Shown piece by piece: positions 40,949 to 55,835 of a stretch of DNA of 64,000 nucleotides. This DNA is from Octopus vulgaris (lineage: Eukaryota). The stretch is from positions 17,608,001 through 17,672,000 of the forward strand of contig OX597825.1 of assembly GCA_951406725.2 (NCBI GenBank), written 5' to 3'. Below the pieces are notes generated by a model. It was not told the DNA's origin and did no database searches. It saw only the letters and a list, made by a program, of their open reading frames with translations. Each line of letters begins with the position of its first letter. The first letter of the stretch is position 1. Both the position numbers and the translations under genes were made by a program.

Positions 40949-43337
40949 TAAATCATGAGAATTATTGGATAACATTGCAATTTACGTTCTTTTCAGCAAC
41001 CTGTAAGAGAGTGAAGTCATGTTGCATCTCCTAGATTGATATATTCGTTGTAATGAAAATACTGTAATGTATATTTTTGTTTTAAAAATTACATGGTGAT
41101 GAATATACACAAAATTTAGCGTATCATATTGTCAATGCTAGAGCTATATCCATACATATTTATGCATGCATACATATGTAGAAATATGCATATAACTTAC
41201 ACATGAACACACACTTATATATAATACTTATATGCATGCATATATAAGCATCCACTTTTACTAATGATCAGGTAATCAAAGTTACAGAATATTGTTGCTG
41301 ATGTGATAAAATAATGCACTGAAATTCAAATGCAACTCATAGATTATCATGCAGCGGAACAGTTATTCGATTTATATGTATTACACTTTAGTTACTTTTC
41401 TCCTGAAGGGCATTGAAACATATCATGTCTTAATGAATGAAAATACATAGGACAAAGTACTCATGATAAAGAATAATATAATTGTTGCAGTAAAAATCAA
41501 TATTTAAACAATACATTTCTCACATGCTTGTTCATACCACAGTAAAATGGTTTTGAAATCATGAAAATGTGCACAGCATTTACAGTGTTCAACTTTTTGA
41601 TATGAAGGAACGAATTACGTTGCATGAAATAAATATAATAAACCACACTGAAAGAACTGTCACATAAATATATTAACTATTATTTAATAGAAGTATGGCT
41701 TTAGAAAATTGCTTTACAATCAGACTCTCTATTTCCCGAATCGTGTTCTGAATTTGCACCTACAATTTTTGATGCCGCTCATTATCTGAATTATCTGCAC
41801 TTTGGATTTGGAACAGTTCTTTCAAATATTATCGCTAAGACATACTAGTTGACAGAGGCTATCGGCCTTATCATGGTATAAACACAAATCTTCCATACGC
41901 ATCAGGAAACAGTAATAGACGTCTAGTTTTGATTGGCACACATAATCGCGGACAAAACATGTCAGACTGTCTTAGTTATACAGCATATAATTGTATTATT
42001 ACGCATCTGTTTTCAAGACCAGTTGACGAAGTAACTTATTTGTTCCTGCCTTGAGACACCTCTCCTTCGACAAGTGAAAGGGGCGCTTGTCTTGTTATAC
42101 AACGGGACTTGGGTGTTTCAGACCTAACTCAGCTCATACCTCTCCAGGTGTCAATCCATCGAAGTTCGTATAGAAACAGAGAAAGAGAAATGATATTGTT
42201 AGAGAATGAGAAGAACAGACCGGAATATAGGACTATTATTTTATGTACCAACTCGAAAGCACGAAGGAAACTATTAGCCACATCGGAATTTGAAATTAGC
42301 GCAAAGTTAAACTTCAACTGTAATTTAATTTATTAAATATTCTAATTGGAATTCGCATTCCATAACAACATCCGCACCTACTAAAATTGATTAACTATTG
42401 AATTGTATAAGCACGTGCGTCGGGCATCAAGACATGGTTTACAGTACAAAAGGCATCATTATAAACTTGCTGAAATAATATTAAGAATATCTCATGTCCA
42501 GTAAATATAGATGCACACGTATTACTTAAGATTAATTTTGAGAATGTGATGAAAGACTTTACAATGAAAAAGGAGAAAATTTTTGAAATATAAAGTCAAA
42601 GTATACAAAAGTAAAAAGTTTGAAAAACAGAAACTTAATTCATATTTTATTATTGTTTATATTTTGAATTACATATATATGAGGGCACCAATATCTTTTA
42701 AGCGCTTACGGTCGCTGTTGGACTTAATTCAGTCATGCTACTAGTTTAATACGGCCTTCACAAACGCTTCTCTCATCTATTATCGCTAGTCTGTTTACAC
42801 AGACATCTGTCAGTTCAGACTTGGAGAATGGATAGAAGCTGTTAAAATATCTGCGATATTGCTTGTCACGAATGGAACTTCTTAAGCTTCTTCTTTTAAA
42901 GAATGTTATCCAGCAACCAAATTTTGAAGGACGCTTCGTCATTTCAGTAACATAGCTGACTATTCATTATACATACTATAAATCTTAAAAAGGAAATATG
43001 GAAATGGTTTTCAAGAATAGATTCCTATCCTATAATACAAGTAGTGTGAAACTGATGCGACGTTAATTGGAAGGGTTTTATAAATAACATGAAGAAATAT
43101 ATACGTAGTGAATTAGTAATCTAAAATTGAACTAAACTCTATGCACATTATGAAATAAAACATGTTCTCCTGAGGCAACGGCATCATCTAACGACATTTA
43201 TTGAATGTAGAAAGTAATCTGTATAATTCGTGACAAATAAGGTAAGCAACCAAAGACAACAGATCTTGTTACTATTTCATTTCTTTTACGCATTCTATCT
43301 GCATTCCCTCAAATCACACTTTACATATATGTATATT

Positions 43338-43369
<32 letters not shown>

Positions 43370-43386
43370 CCTTATCACACACACAC

Positions 43387-43429
<43 letters not shown>

Positions 43430-43625
43430 AATTTAAATGTGTGTGTATATTTACCTAGATAGGTGTATCTATATTTTCTATAAGTATATTCACCTATCTA
43501 TACATTATATATTGCATAACATCTTTCAAATGCCAAAACAAGGCAACGCGCATTGTGGCCAGCGATGGATAACAACATCCGACATCTATATGTGATATAC
43601 ATGTATATGTATGAATATATATGTG

Positions 43626-43682
<57 letters not shown>

Positions 43683-43849
43683 GTATATCTATATATATAT
43701 ATATGCATATGTATATATATATATGTATACATATATATATGCATATACACATATATATATATATATATATGAAACCAGGTAAATGTAATAAACCACGATA
43801 AATATGTATATATGCGTATGTATATATCTATGTATTTATGTATGTTTGT

Positions 43850-44101
43850 ATGGCCCTTGTATTTGAATTCTATGCAAATATTCTTTTAAAAAATTTTCAT
43901 TTATTTTTTCCGAAATTTAACTGTTTTCAATAGTTAGAGTTGAAAAAGTCTCAATGACTGGAACAGGTACGAAAATGCTTTTTATGATAAAATTATTTGA
44001 GTATTTTCTACCTTGACTTTTTTCTTAAACAGGCACTAAAATATATTTTATGTTAAAATTATTTTAGCATTTTCTACCTTGACTTTTTTTCCTTATATAT
44101 G

Positions 44102-44181
<80 letters not shown>

Positions 44182-44383
44182 TAGATAGATAGATAGATAT
44201 GTATTAGGAAAAAAGTGAAGGTAGAAAATGCTAAAATAATTTTATCATAAAAAACTTTTTAGTGTCTATTCCAGTCATTGAGACTTTTTCAACAGTAAGT
44301 ATGGAAAACAGTTCAATTTGGGAAAAATGTAATGAAAAGTTTTTAAAAGAGTATTTGCATAGTATTCAAATGCAAGGGGGCAT
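43850..44383. mobile_element. Fold-back element with about 180-bp arms around a (CA)n(TA)n(GATA)n core
   Basis: atggcccttgtatttgaattctatgcaaat...ttccttat pairs with taggaaaaaagtgaaggtag...atttgcatagtattcaaatgcaagggggcat; the left arm has an internal about 66-bp tandem duplication. Confidence 0.88.
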
Positions 44384-44458
44384 TTTCCTTGTTTCTGCCT
44401 GTCTCTGTCTCTTTTGTTTACTCTTGTGGGTTCGAGGTCATTGTGAATTCTTGGCAGA

Positions 44459-44625
<167 letters not shown>

Positions 44626-45085
44626 TGCAGGAGTGGTGTGATAGTAGTAGGATGTAAAATGGTCAAGTGCCCTGAGAGTGACGCGTTGTGAATCGTAGTA
44701 GTGATTAATTTCATGAGATAGCTCTTTTGAATGTATTGTTTTTAATATTTGCGTTGTTGTTATTCCTAACAGTAAGGAAGTTGGTGGCGGACAGGAACAA
44801 GAAGAATGATAAGGTGAAGAGGATAATAATAAAGGAATGATAGTAGTACGATGATAAATGCCCAAGTGACCTAAAAGGGAATCGTTGTGGATTACAGTAG
44901 TGATCGGGACTGTTTTTAATGACTTCTTGGGTATTAATTTTTTTCAACGTATCATTCTTTTAATACGGGCGAAATTCACAAATTTCTGCACCAATAAACA
45001 ACTATTGTTCCTAAAAAATGTTTTTTATATCTTCGTTGATGCTCACTAACATACTACACTTTGATCCTTGGATCGTACTTTTACA

Positions 45086-45166
<81 letters not shown>

Positions 45167-45225
45167 GTCCATCTATCTATACATACATACCTACATACAA
45201 ACCTCTCTCTCTCCCTCTGTATATA

Positions 45226-45269
<44 letters not shown>

Positions 45270-45321
45270 ATATACGTACATATATACATATATATATATA
45301 TACATATATATAGATATACAC

Positions 45322-45354
<33 letters not shown>

Positions 45355-45459
45355 GATAGATATACACATATATATATACATATACATATATATATATAAA
45401 TAAATATATATATATGTATATATACATATATAAAAATATATACAGAGCGAGAGAGAGAT

Positions 45460-45517
<58 letters not shown>
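45086..45517. repeat. (TATC)n/(TA)n compound microsatellite
   Basis: Direct reading. Confidence 0.92.
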
Positions 45518-45519
<2 letters not shown>

Positions 45520-47464
45520 TATACCGTTTTGTCCTTGTTCTTGCGTAGAAAAACTTCTAGTATGGAGTGAGTTGAGATTTGTTCCGTGGAACATTTATTT
45601 ATTCTAGCAATTTAAACTCATAAGTGCTTGAGGCACAGAGGCATAGTCAACAACTACAATTTGACATCGCTAATGTATATATAACATCTTGTGTGCCTTT
45701 AAGTGTGTTTTCGTACTTGTAAATGTGTATGTCAGTACATCACTAAAAGTCCGTGTTTAGAAAGGAAGGTAAAGTACAAACGCATACTCTTTTAACTTAC
45801 AAATATACTTTGATAACAATGCCGTGAAGTGTGGTTTAAGTGGCTGAATATATATTTGCAGCAGAAATGTTTAATAAAAGTTTTCCAGTAAACACTGGGT
45901 AAGTTTTTGTTTCACGGCTACTTGGAGAAAGTATCTTTAATTTGATTTTCTTATATTTTCGTATGAGATACTTTCGAGAGGACAATTATCAAGTCTGGCG
46001 CAACAATATTCCAGAGGAGAGTTTTACGTTCGCATACTAGAATTTTTCCGAGTAATGAGTTTTGAAGACATTTTTTGCGCAACTCTGCCTTACCTTAATA
46101 TATACAGATATATTAAAGACTGTATGATATGAATGGCTTGCTAAGTAAATTCCTGGCAGTGCAGCTCCAAATATTTAAATAATAAATAAGATTGGATGAA
46201 AAATATATTCGGTTCTTGTATTTTTGTTGCCTTTTCGATGAATTATTTCTGCTCTCTATAAAGCATATATTTTTAAAGGCGTCATTCTAATATACAATTG
46301 TAACAATGAACAATACAGGCAAAATATACAACATTAAAGTATAAGATCATTATATGCTTAATATTAATTAATTCTTCATGTTTATTGGTGAATGTTTAGC
46401 ATTGATATTAATACACTGAAATTTGTCGCTTAGTTTATTTAATAGAGCAGGTAAATTTATGACAACCTAAGGTTTAGAAATTATCAACATTTGGAAACCT
46501 ATCTTCTATTTTCAATAAATCAACATATTTGTAAAGCTGATGAAATCCTACGTAATTCTCTCCATTGTTAGTGCATTCATATCTTTCAAAATGAATAATA
46601 GCTTATCTAGATAAAGTCCAATATGTGCATAGCAGAATTTCTGCCGTGGTAAGTTTACGATTTAGAATCTTATCTCAATTCTGAGAGTACATTGTCACCT
46701 GAAAAAATTATTAGCCATTACGTTTAATAAAAGGAAATCTAAACAATATGATATCAGCATTAATGTCAGAATAATATCTATTACGAATTCTAGTTCTGTT
46801 TTTTGTTGATCGTTTTTTCCCGTTGAGTCCGAAAAGTGATGCTCATATAGAGATATATCACTCTAATATATCTCACTGCTTATATTTACAAAGGTTATTA
46901 TTATATCTCTCATTGATCAACTGAAGAGAGCGCATTGTAATAATAAGTATTTGAGTTTCTATTGGAAAGATATATATTTTAACTGGCCCTAATATTATTA
47001 GTTTACTAGATTAGTTTATCAATATTACGGGTTAACGAAACATTTTTATATGCCTCATACAGTACTTATTTTGAGGCTATATATTTTGATTGTAAATTAT
47101 TGTTATACTAATTTGCATTGCAAATTTTCTCATGGCTTGTGTCTATGTTATATTCGTAAATCAGTTTCGCATATATTTCTTGTACATGGCGAAACTGATT
47201 ACCTTATGTACAACGTTTGAATGATGCCAGCATTTCATAAAACGCATAAAATTCTCCTCGTAAAAATTCCCATCTATTATGTTTTATAATAAAATTAGAA
47301 TTAAGGTGTCTTATACCGAAATTCTTGCTGTTTCAATAACCAATATAAAGCCGTTGTTTCACAAACAGGCACGCATATCTCATCTCAATTCTGAAATTGC
47401 AATAAGTTTTATATCTAATTAACCAAGGTCATGTATTTGTGTAAAGTAATATAAGTGTAGGTAC

Positions 47465-47664
47465 CAAATTTTGGCACCAAGCCAGCAATTTCGCGAGCGA
47501 ATAAGTCGATTACATCGATCCCAGTACTCAACTGGTACTTATTTTATAAAACCCCGAAAGGATGAAGCCAACGTGAACCTCATCGGAATATGAGCAGAGA
47601 ATGTAGAGACGGAAGGAGTGCCGCTAAGAATTTTACGTGACGTGCTAACGGTTCTGCCAGCTCG
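47465..47664 (-). mobile_element. SINE family C, full length, diverged
   Basis: aagtcgattacatcgatcccagtactcaactggtacttattt...cgtgctaacggttctgccagctcgc. Confidence 0.85.
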
Positions 47665-48808
47665 CAGTAATAACAGTAACACTAAAATTCTGTTTAGCCA
47701 TTGGAAACATGTAGCTGCATTCAGATAATTAGAGTGACACCTCAAAAGCATATCGAAATACATCTAGGGTTTAAATGAGAGTGATGTGCATTTTAAAAGT
47801 AAGTCGAATACTCTGTTATTGGAAAATTTCCCCAAATATACATAACTGAAGGTGTTTTATTTTATCGAAAAATATATTATCCTATTACAGCGCTTTACAC
47901 TTTTCATCTAAGCTTTTACAATCAATGAACTACTCTATATATTTCCATTGATATTTTGGGGGCTACTTCTAAACGTGAATAAAATTTTGAATTTGCCTTA
48001 TAATAAAATTAAATACATTTAAAAGGAAACGCACACTTGTTCGTCAATATAACAAACGACCATAAACATAATTAGTATTTAAAATTATATATATATACCT
48101 CGCAGAACAATTGAAGATATCACGTTTTTAGGTACCAATAAATACATTTGCTCTGGTTTCTGCGTTGAAATTTTAATGCATGGATACGGCTTTTTCGTAG
48201 GGGGAAGGGATTCGAGGGTCAACAAATTAAATCTCACTGAACACTCATATTTCGATTTTTATGAACATTTTTGTTTATACATTGTGTAGCGTTTTCACTG
48301 ATATATTCTCCGACACTTTAAATACACAGCGACGTGAAATTTAGCATTTTGACTTAGTATATTCATGCATATGCATTTGTGTATACATACATATACAATC
48401 CCAGTCACAATCACATGCGGAGCGTCCTCTCTTATACGTTTTCATTCAAGTTAGAAGTAGTAACATATCACAGTCACATATAGTAGCTGTAATATGTTTT
48501 AAATACAGATCTCAATGAAACAGACCAGATGTTATTCAATGAGAAGGAAAACAAAAAAATCAGTAACCATAAGTATCACTTCAGGCATATTAATAAAATA
48601 TATACATATCTCCTATACACATACGTTGACGTTTGTACATGAAACTCTTTTGTACATGTAATTATTTCTGAAATGGCGAGACAGAAGAGAATATTGTACT
48701 TCAGTAGAACTGAGAAATTCGCTATAAGAATTAGATTCTAAAACTCAGAACATTATCGATAATACGAATACACATATATTGAGCAAATTTATGTTTGTAT
48801 GTGTAATA

Positions 48809-49642
48809 CAAGTTGTTCGGGCGAATTTTGACACCTGGCGTAGAGCAAAGGGAAACGAAACACAATATACTGTCCAAAAATAAACGTATTAAACAAATAT
48901 CAACCTCATTTGTGCTGGAGGATAACAGTTTACTCGGAGAAGCAGACCTCATCTTCCACCAAGGCAACTCCGGAACATGATGCATTTGTCTTCACTTTCT
49001 CTGGTGAGATCATCGAACAACTCCTTGGTGTTCGCCACCAAATTTGCTTTGGGGTTAGAGGCTGAACGGTTGGTGTCTTTATGAACCGTGTGCAAAATGT
49101 TGTTATCCATGCAATCGGGAAGTTAGCAGGCCAGAAATCTGGGCTGGCGATGTCATAGAAATTCTCCGATAACCACTTCTGAAACTTTTCTGAGTTGTGG
49201 CAAGGACACGAAGTCTGCTGCAATGCACATTGCTTTTCAACAACAAGCTTCGCCAGCCAATGATTCACTCTAGACGCCAGCAGCTACATACGTTCGCCTG
49301 AATTATTCCTAGGGAACTGTTCTTTGGTTAATCAACAATTATCGGCGTGAAGACGCTGTCGAAATGACTGCTGTGCCACTTCTTACGGGCAGCGGCAACC
49401 TAGTCTTCGTTGCAGCTATCCATTTATAGTGTTCACAGAACATTGCCAACCGTCACGAAGACATGACTATTTGTTACTCGGCGTGAATCAACATGATTCT
49501 ATTATTCTGGAAGCGTGAAGTCTTCTAACTCAGCTAGATTATTCTCAACAGTAACTTTAAACTTCATAGTCTCCAAAGCCCTTGACTAAGCTTGGACAAG
49601 AAAGGAAACATAAAAATCACCAAATTTAGCCCGAACATACTA
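48809..49642 (-). mobile_element. Internally deleted Tc1/mariner (maT/DD37D-like) transposon relic
   Basis: ORF 48930-49268 QQTSCPCHNSEKFQKWLSENF...DFWPANFP is a degenerate QQDSAPCH...WPPNSPD motif pair; imperfect TIRs caagttgttcgggcgaattttg (after TA) and caaatttagcccgaacatacta. Confidence 0.75.
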
Positions 49643-49858
49643 CAATATGAAGTAGTCCTAAAGAGCAAGAGGCCGAGATAAAAATAGAGATAACGCATGT
49701 ATATATATATATATATATATATCAACCAATAAGGGTGAGAAATGTTTATACTAATTTAATAGTACATCCTTTTAACACCTAGTGGCTTCGTGCATATAAG
49801 TGCTGAAGCCCAATGGATCTATTTTTACTGCTAGAGTAGACCACATAGTGGCGGCTCT

Positions 49859-49897
<39 letters not shown>

Positions 49898-51072
49898 CAT
49901 AACGAAAGATAGAAAGAAAGAGATAGGAGGAAAAGAGAAAGAGACATTCAGATAGGAGTCTTTTCTCTGAGTTTGTCACAGTATTTGGTTTGTGGTTTTT
50001 AATATATCTACACCAACAGGTACATAAAAGTTGATTCAACTTCCTATAACTTGAGAGTAGTCATCGAATTTTTTTTCCTTCCGCTTGTTTGACATCACAT
50101 TAGGTGTTTGAACTAATACAATATGTCGATACAAGCCATTTCATATCAAGTCTCGTGTAAAGCATGTGCATGTCAAAATGACTATTTATCAATTCTGTTA
50201 TTTATAAATATCATAGATCTTGAAATATGCATTTCTGCACCAGTGTGAAAAGTACATATGCTAAGTACATATGTACTTTTCTTTTACCAAGGCCTTTTCC
50301 ACATAAGTAACCTCAATAAGATACACACCAGGCATCCCATTCATTTCCCAGCGCAAAGAGGTGAGCACGGGTCCAGGCATAGAAAGCAAACCCCCAGTAT
50401 CAGCAGTAGGGGCCGAGAGCCTATGCTGGTTTAACCCCACCTTATCATGCTGCTTCCGTACCCCTTTGAAAAATATCAATTCATACATCCGTCCACAAAC
50501 TCTCCAAATAATTGAAAACCATACCATTAAATATTATGTCATTCGGAAATTAATATATCCTTGGTTTCAGAATCGTCATTAGCGTGAATCACCGATGAAA
50601 AACTCTAAATCCGACACGTTGAACATCCATAAACGTTCTGACATATTTTGCCCCAAAATCAGCCCGTTTTGATGCAAATATATTTACGAGGAAAATTCGA
50701 TTGTAAACACTCGGAGAAAGATATGATTGTTAATATTACCTATGGTGAATATAACCCTAATAAATTCAATGATAATATAGGTGGTTCCAGGTTTTTAAAA
50801 TGAGAAGTCAAAATGCTAAAAGATGCTCAGCGTAACAGATATAGAATTTTATCATAGGTGATTCATGCTAACAAAGCTTGAGGCCCGTGGGCCAGAACCC
50901 GAAACCATGGTATATGACTATCAGAATGACATGATCTTTAATGGTATGATTTTAATAGTTTAATTCTTAAACCGTTTGCTCGCCTACTGTTCTCTCTGTC
51001 ATAGGGATTTGTCTCCTATTTCTAAACAAGTTGATGCTTTGTGCTCTTTCAGCTTAGTGCTAATATCTAGTT

Positions 51073-51124
<52 letters not shown>

Positions 51125-51131
51125 CATATAT

Positions 51132-51433
51132 GGAAGCGCAATGACCCGGTGGTTAGGGCAGCGAAATCGCGGTCGGAGGATCGCGGTTTCGATTCCCAGA
51201 TCGGGCGTTGTGCGTGTTTATTGAGGGAAAATGCCTAAAGGCTCCAGGAGGCTCCGGCAGGGGAGGGAGTGGCGACCCCTGTTGTACTCTTTCTCTCACT
51301 CTTTCTTCCTGTTTCTTGAGTAACGCTGCGATGGACTGGCGTCCCGTCCAGATGCGGGGAACTCACACGCCATAGGAACCGAGAAACCGGGCCTATGAGC
51401 CTGGCTAGACTTCAAAAGGGCGCATAAATAAAT
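51132..51433 (+). mobile_element. SINE family B, full length, inserted in (TA)n
   Basis: Head GGAAGCGCAATGACCCGGTGGTTAGGGCAGCG and TTCGATTCCC; CTGCGATGGACTGGCGTCCCGTCCAG; TAAA tail. Confidence 0.9.
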
Positions 51434-51455
51434 ATATATATATATATATACATAC

Positions 51456-51500
<45 letters not shown>

Positions 51501-52109
51501 TGTGTGTGAATTTATGGCAGTAAATTATATACAGTTTTTATATATGTACTGAATGTTTTCGTTTCAAGTCTAATATTTTTTCCAATTATTTAGATTATTC
51601 AATTCGTTAACTAATATCGATGTTCATTATCATAGGATTTACCATAAAAAAAACTAACATAAATCTTATTTTGTTTTTGCAGTAAACGGGGATTTCTAAC
51701 AATATTTGAAATACTTCAATATATGTCTCGAAATAATACCGTTTTAATGATGAATAGATTTGAAAACAATTCTCCCGCTAGCAACCGCGTAATTTTTTGT
51801 TTTTTTTTTACGTCTTCCATTAATGCGCATATTATCATGGAAGTAAACACAATAAGAGAAATAATTTTATTAAAGAATATAAATGGCTATATTCTTTTTC
51901 CTTATATTTATGTATTATTCTTTTTCTTTTTTATTACATATCACTTACAATTACCTCTGCAGCCATAGGCATGGAGTCTTTCTTTATATCATAGCCATAA
52001 CAATATTGATATTAGCATACAGTTTAGTTTTAATAATAACAGGTCTATTAGGAAACAACCTCAACAATAGCAAGTATAAATATTAATAATAAAAAAAAAA
52101 ATTTTTTTA

Positions 52110-52156
<47 letters not shown>

Positions 52157-52199
52157 CAATAATAATAATAATAATAATAATAACAATAATAATATTAAC

Positions 52200-52271
<72 letters not shown>

Positions 52272-52287
52272 GGCAATACTAATGATG

Positions 52288-52352
<65 letters not shown>

Positions 52353-52355
52353 TAC
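52110..52355. repeat. (AAT)n microsatellite
   Basis: Direct reading. Confidence 0.95.
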
Positions 52356-52883
52356 AACAACATCGCCATTATCGTAAAACCTCAATATTAGTAAATATTA
52401 ATAATAATAAGCGGTATAAAAACAATAAGGATAATAGTCATATTAATTAAAATATTATTAATAATGACATCCTCCTTATAATCTTTCTGTTGTAGGACGA
52501 GTGACAAATTATTTCTTCTTCTTATAGTATTAACCATAATTACGCACACACACAAACTCACACACGCACGCACGCACACACACACGCACACAGACACATA
52601 CACACATGAAAGTACGCAGTTGTATGTAATATAAAACTAAACAGGAACAATTCAATCGTCAGACTTTGACGGTGATGGATAGCATCCTGTTTCACAATTA
52701 GTAGATTTGTATGTATGTATGCATTTATGTATACGTATTGGTGTGTATGTGTATATACAAGAGAATATAAACAATAGTAGTGCAGACAAATTAGTAAGAG
52801 AAAGAAATCTTCCAGATGATTAAATGATTAAAGAAGCAAGAAGCACTTTTATGAGCTATATGGAAGCTAGAATTTTGTCTGCG

Positions 52884-52926
<43 letters not shown>

Positions 52927-53195
52927 AACTAATTGAATAGCAGTAGGTGCCTCGGAATTGACAAGGATATGGTATGTGAATATTCATGTGTTATATACTA
53001 TTACAAATAGAATACAGCTGCATGTATATATGCATGAGTTTATGTAAGTATGTATGTATATATATATGTGTGTGGGTGGGTGTGTGGGTGTATGTGTGTG
53101 TGTATGTAAGTACGTATGTATGCATTAATATATATATATATATATATATACATATATGAATAAATGTATATATATATATATATAATTTATATACA

Positions 53196-53265
<70 letters not shown>

Positions 53266-53306
53266 TTTGTAGGAGCAGTGACTATCATCCAAATTTAGTG
53301 ATATCT

Positions 53307-53500
53307 GTTCATGCTTACATTTCACAATTATGGGTATTTGGAACTCTACATGTGATCCTTCAAGTGCAAATGGATGCTTAATCATTAAGGACCACCAGGG
53401 GAAACTTTATTGTATTATTTTCCTAATAAACATCTATTTGCACTTGGAACATCCAACGTAGTGTTAGAAACAACAGCTATGGTGAAATGTACGTATGAGC
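53307..53500. mobile_element. Old diverged fold-back/MITE (arms 53307-53382 and 53425-53500)
   Basis: tacatttcac...caagtgcaaatggatg pairs with catctatttgcacttg...gtgaaatgta. Confidence 0.65.
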
Positions 53501-54335
53501 AATTGTTATAATCTTCATTTTATCATAATTCTGCCTACATTTGCTCCGTATTTCATAAATAATAGCACTGTAGCAGCTTCACCACTATACTGAAAGCGAA
53601 TTGGACTGTGATATTCTACGTGTACGATTTTCCATTTTCTTTATACTAAACTGACGATTATTTAAAATATCTGGAGTAAAATACGGTGAGATAGCTTGGC
53701 TAAAATGTGATCTGTTTGCAAGAGAACTGCAAGAATTGTCTGCCTAGTTTATTATCATTCAATAATGAACACAATATCCCAGCTTAATTATTTATGATAG
53801 TGGTCTACTTTGTCCGACATGTTAGGAACCCCCAGAATAACCTATAGTTTTTTAATGAATTCCTCGCATTCTGATCTTCATACAAAGAAGTCCGAGCTTA
53901 TTGGAAGTATTATTTATATGAAATATTAACTCATTAGAGAATATCTGAAACGCTGAAGAATAGATATCATAAGATCGATTATCTTAGACACAGAACCTAG
54001 ATTATTTAAAGGATAATGAAGAACTAAATGAATAGCAATGAAATATAATGTAAAGTCAATGCTATTGTTTGTTTTGTATTCGTATTAAAGACACCAGAGA
54101 CACACTGGGTCTTTCAGCTATTTTTGTAACTAATTGTACTCGAGACTCAGAATATGTCAGGGCTGAATTAATCTATACATATGTGACAAAACATATAATG
54201 TATGTAACTATGTTATATATTTCCTTATGCCAGGGATACGTTTCACGTTATAAGACCTTAACGCATTCCTCATTGTAATATATACAGTGAATGAATCTGT
54301 ACACACACACACAGACGCACACACTCATTATGTGT

Positions 54336-54636
54336 GGAGGCACATGACCTAGTGGTTAGAGCAGCGGACTCACGCTCGAGTGATCGACGGTTTGAATCTC
54401 AGACCGGGCGATGTCTGTGTTTATGAGCGAAACACCTAAGCTCCACGCAGCTCCGGCAGAGGGTAATGGCGAAACTTCTGCTGCCTCTTTCGCCAAATCT
54501 TTCTCTCACTCTTTCCTCCTGCATCTTGCAGCTCACCTGCGACGGACCGGCGTCCCATCCAGGTGGGGAACCTATACGCCAAGGAAACCGAGAAACCGCT
54601 CCTGTGAGCCAGGCATGGCTCGAGAAGGAACAAACA
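54336..54636 (+). mobile_element. SINE family B variant with 13-bp TSD
   Basis: TSD actcattatgtgt at 54323-54335 and 54637-54649; CTGCGACGGACCGGCGTCCCATCCAGG block; (AAC)-type tail. Confidence 0.9.
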
Positions 54637-55329
54637 ACTCATTATGTGTATGTAAATGTGTATGCATAAGTATGTATGTATATATGCATGTATGTATGAC
54701 ATCATGGGCTGTCGTCTCTTGATAACCTAGTGTTTACAATACTAATGTTATTGTCAGTGAAACGATAAACAGATATGCATTCAAACCATTTAATTGTCTA
54801 GACAGAACAGCGGGATATATGCAAAGGGAAGGCAGAAATATACAACTTAATCTTGAAAATTGTTCAGTTAAGTCAAGGCTATCAAGGAAATCGCTATACA
54901 TTGACACATACGAAAGGAAAATAACTAATGGAGCTTAACAATTTATAATTCATCGAGATTGCAGTTTAATGAAGGCATAGAATCAGAAAATTACTTGTTA
55001 AAACAGAAAATGGTATATATAAAATTTAGACAATACTAGCATCAATTTAAGACGTAGACCCAGAGGTTGTTTTATTTTATCATGCTGTATTCAAACACAA
55101 AATCGCCGTATGTTCGCAGCATGTTGGATTTCTTTCATTTGTCTGTTCAATTGGATTTTGAATATTTTCCAAAACAATTCTTCCAAGATTTGATTCAGAA
55201 TATGGATCACCGATTTATCAATGGAAAGGAGGACATCGAGAATACTTACATAACGGACAAAAATGACTTCACATTATAAACACGCATTAAAAATAACTGT
55301 TTATAAATATTATGACACAAAAATTGAAG

Positions 55330-55495
55330 GGAGCGTCATAGGAGAATCATTAGCTCGCCGGACAAAATGTATAACGTCATTTCATCCGTCTTTACGTTCT
55401 GAGTTCAAATCCCACTGAGGCTGACTTTGACTTTCATCTTTTCACGGTTGATAAAATCAGTACCAGGTGAACACTGTAGCTGATATGTTCAACTG
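55330..55495 (+). mobile_element. SINE family C, diverged
   Basis: ttagctcgccggacaaaatg...tttacgttctgagttcaaatccc...gactttcatc...gataaaatcagtaccag. Confidence 0.75.
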
Positions 55496-55566
55496 TTGAC
55501 ATAACGTCACCTCGTGTACAGGGGATCATATTGACAATATTTACACGCGGTATAATTGAATTCGAT

Positions 55567-55730
<164 letters not shown>

Positions 55731-55835
55731 TGTTTTTATAGTAGAATATTTCCGAAGATTTTTGTCTCGCTCAGAATTATCTGGATGGAAGTTCTAAACC
55801 GTAAGTACATGGGGGCTAGCATCATTTAGGTATGG

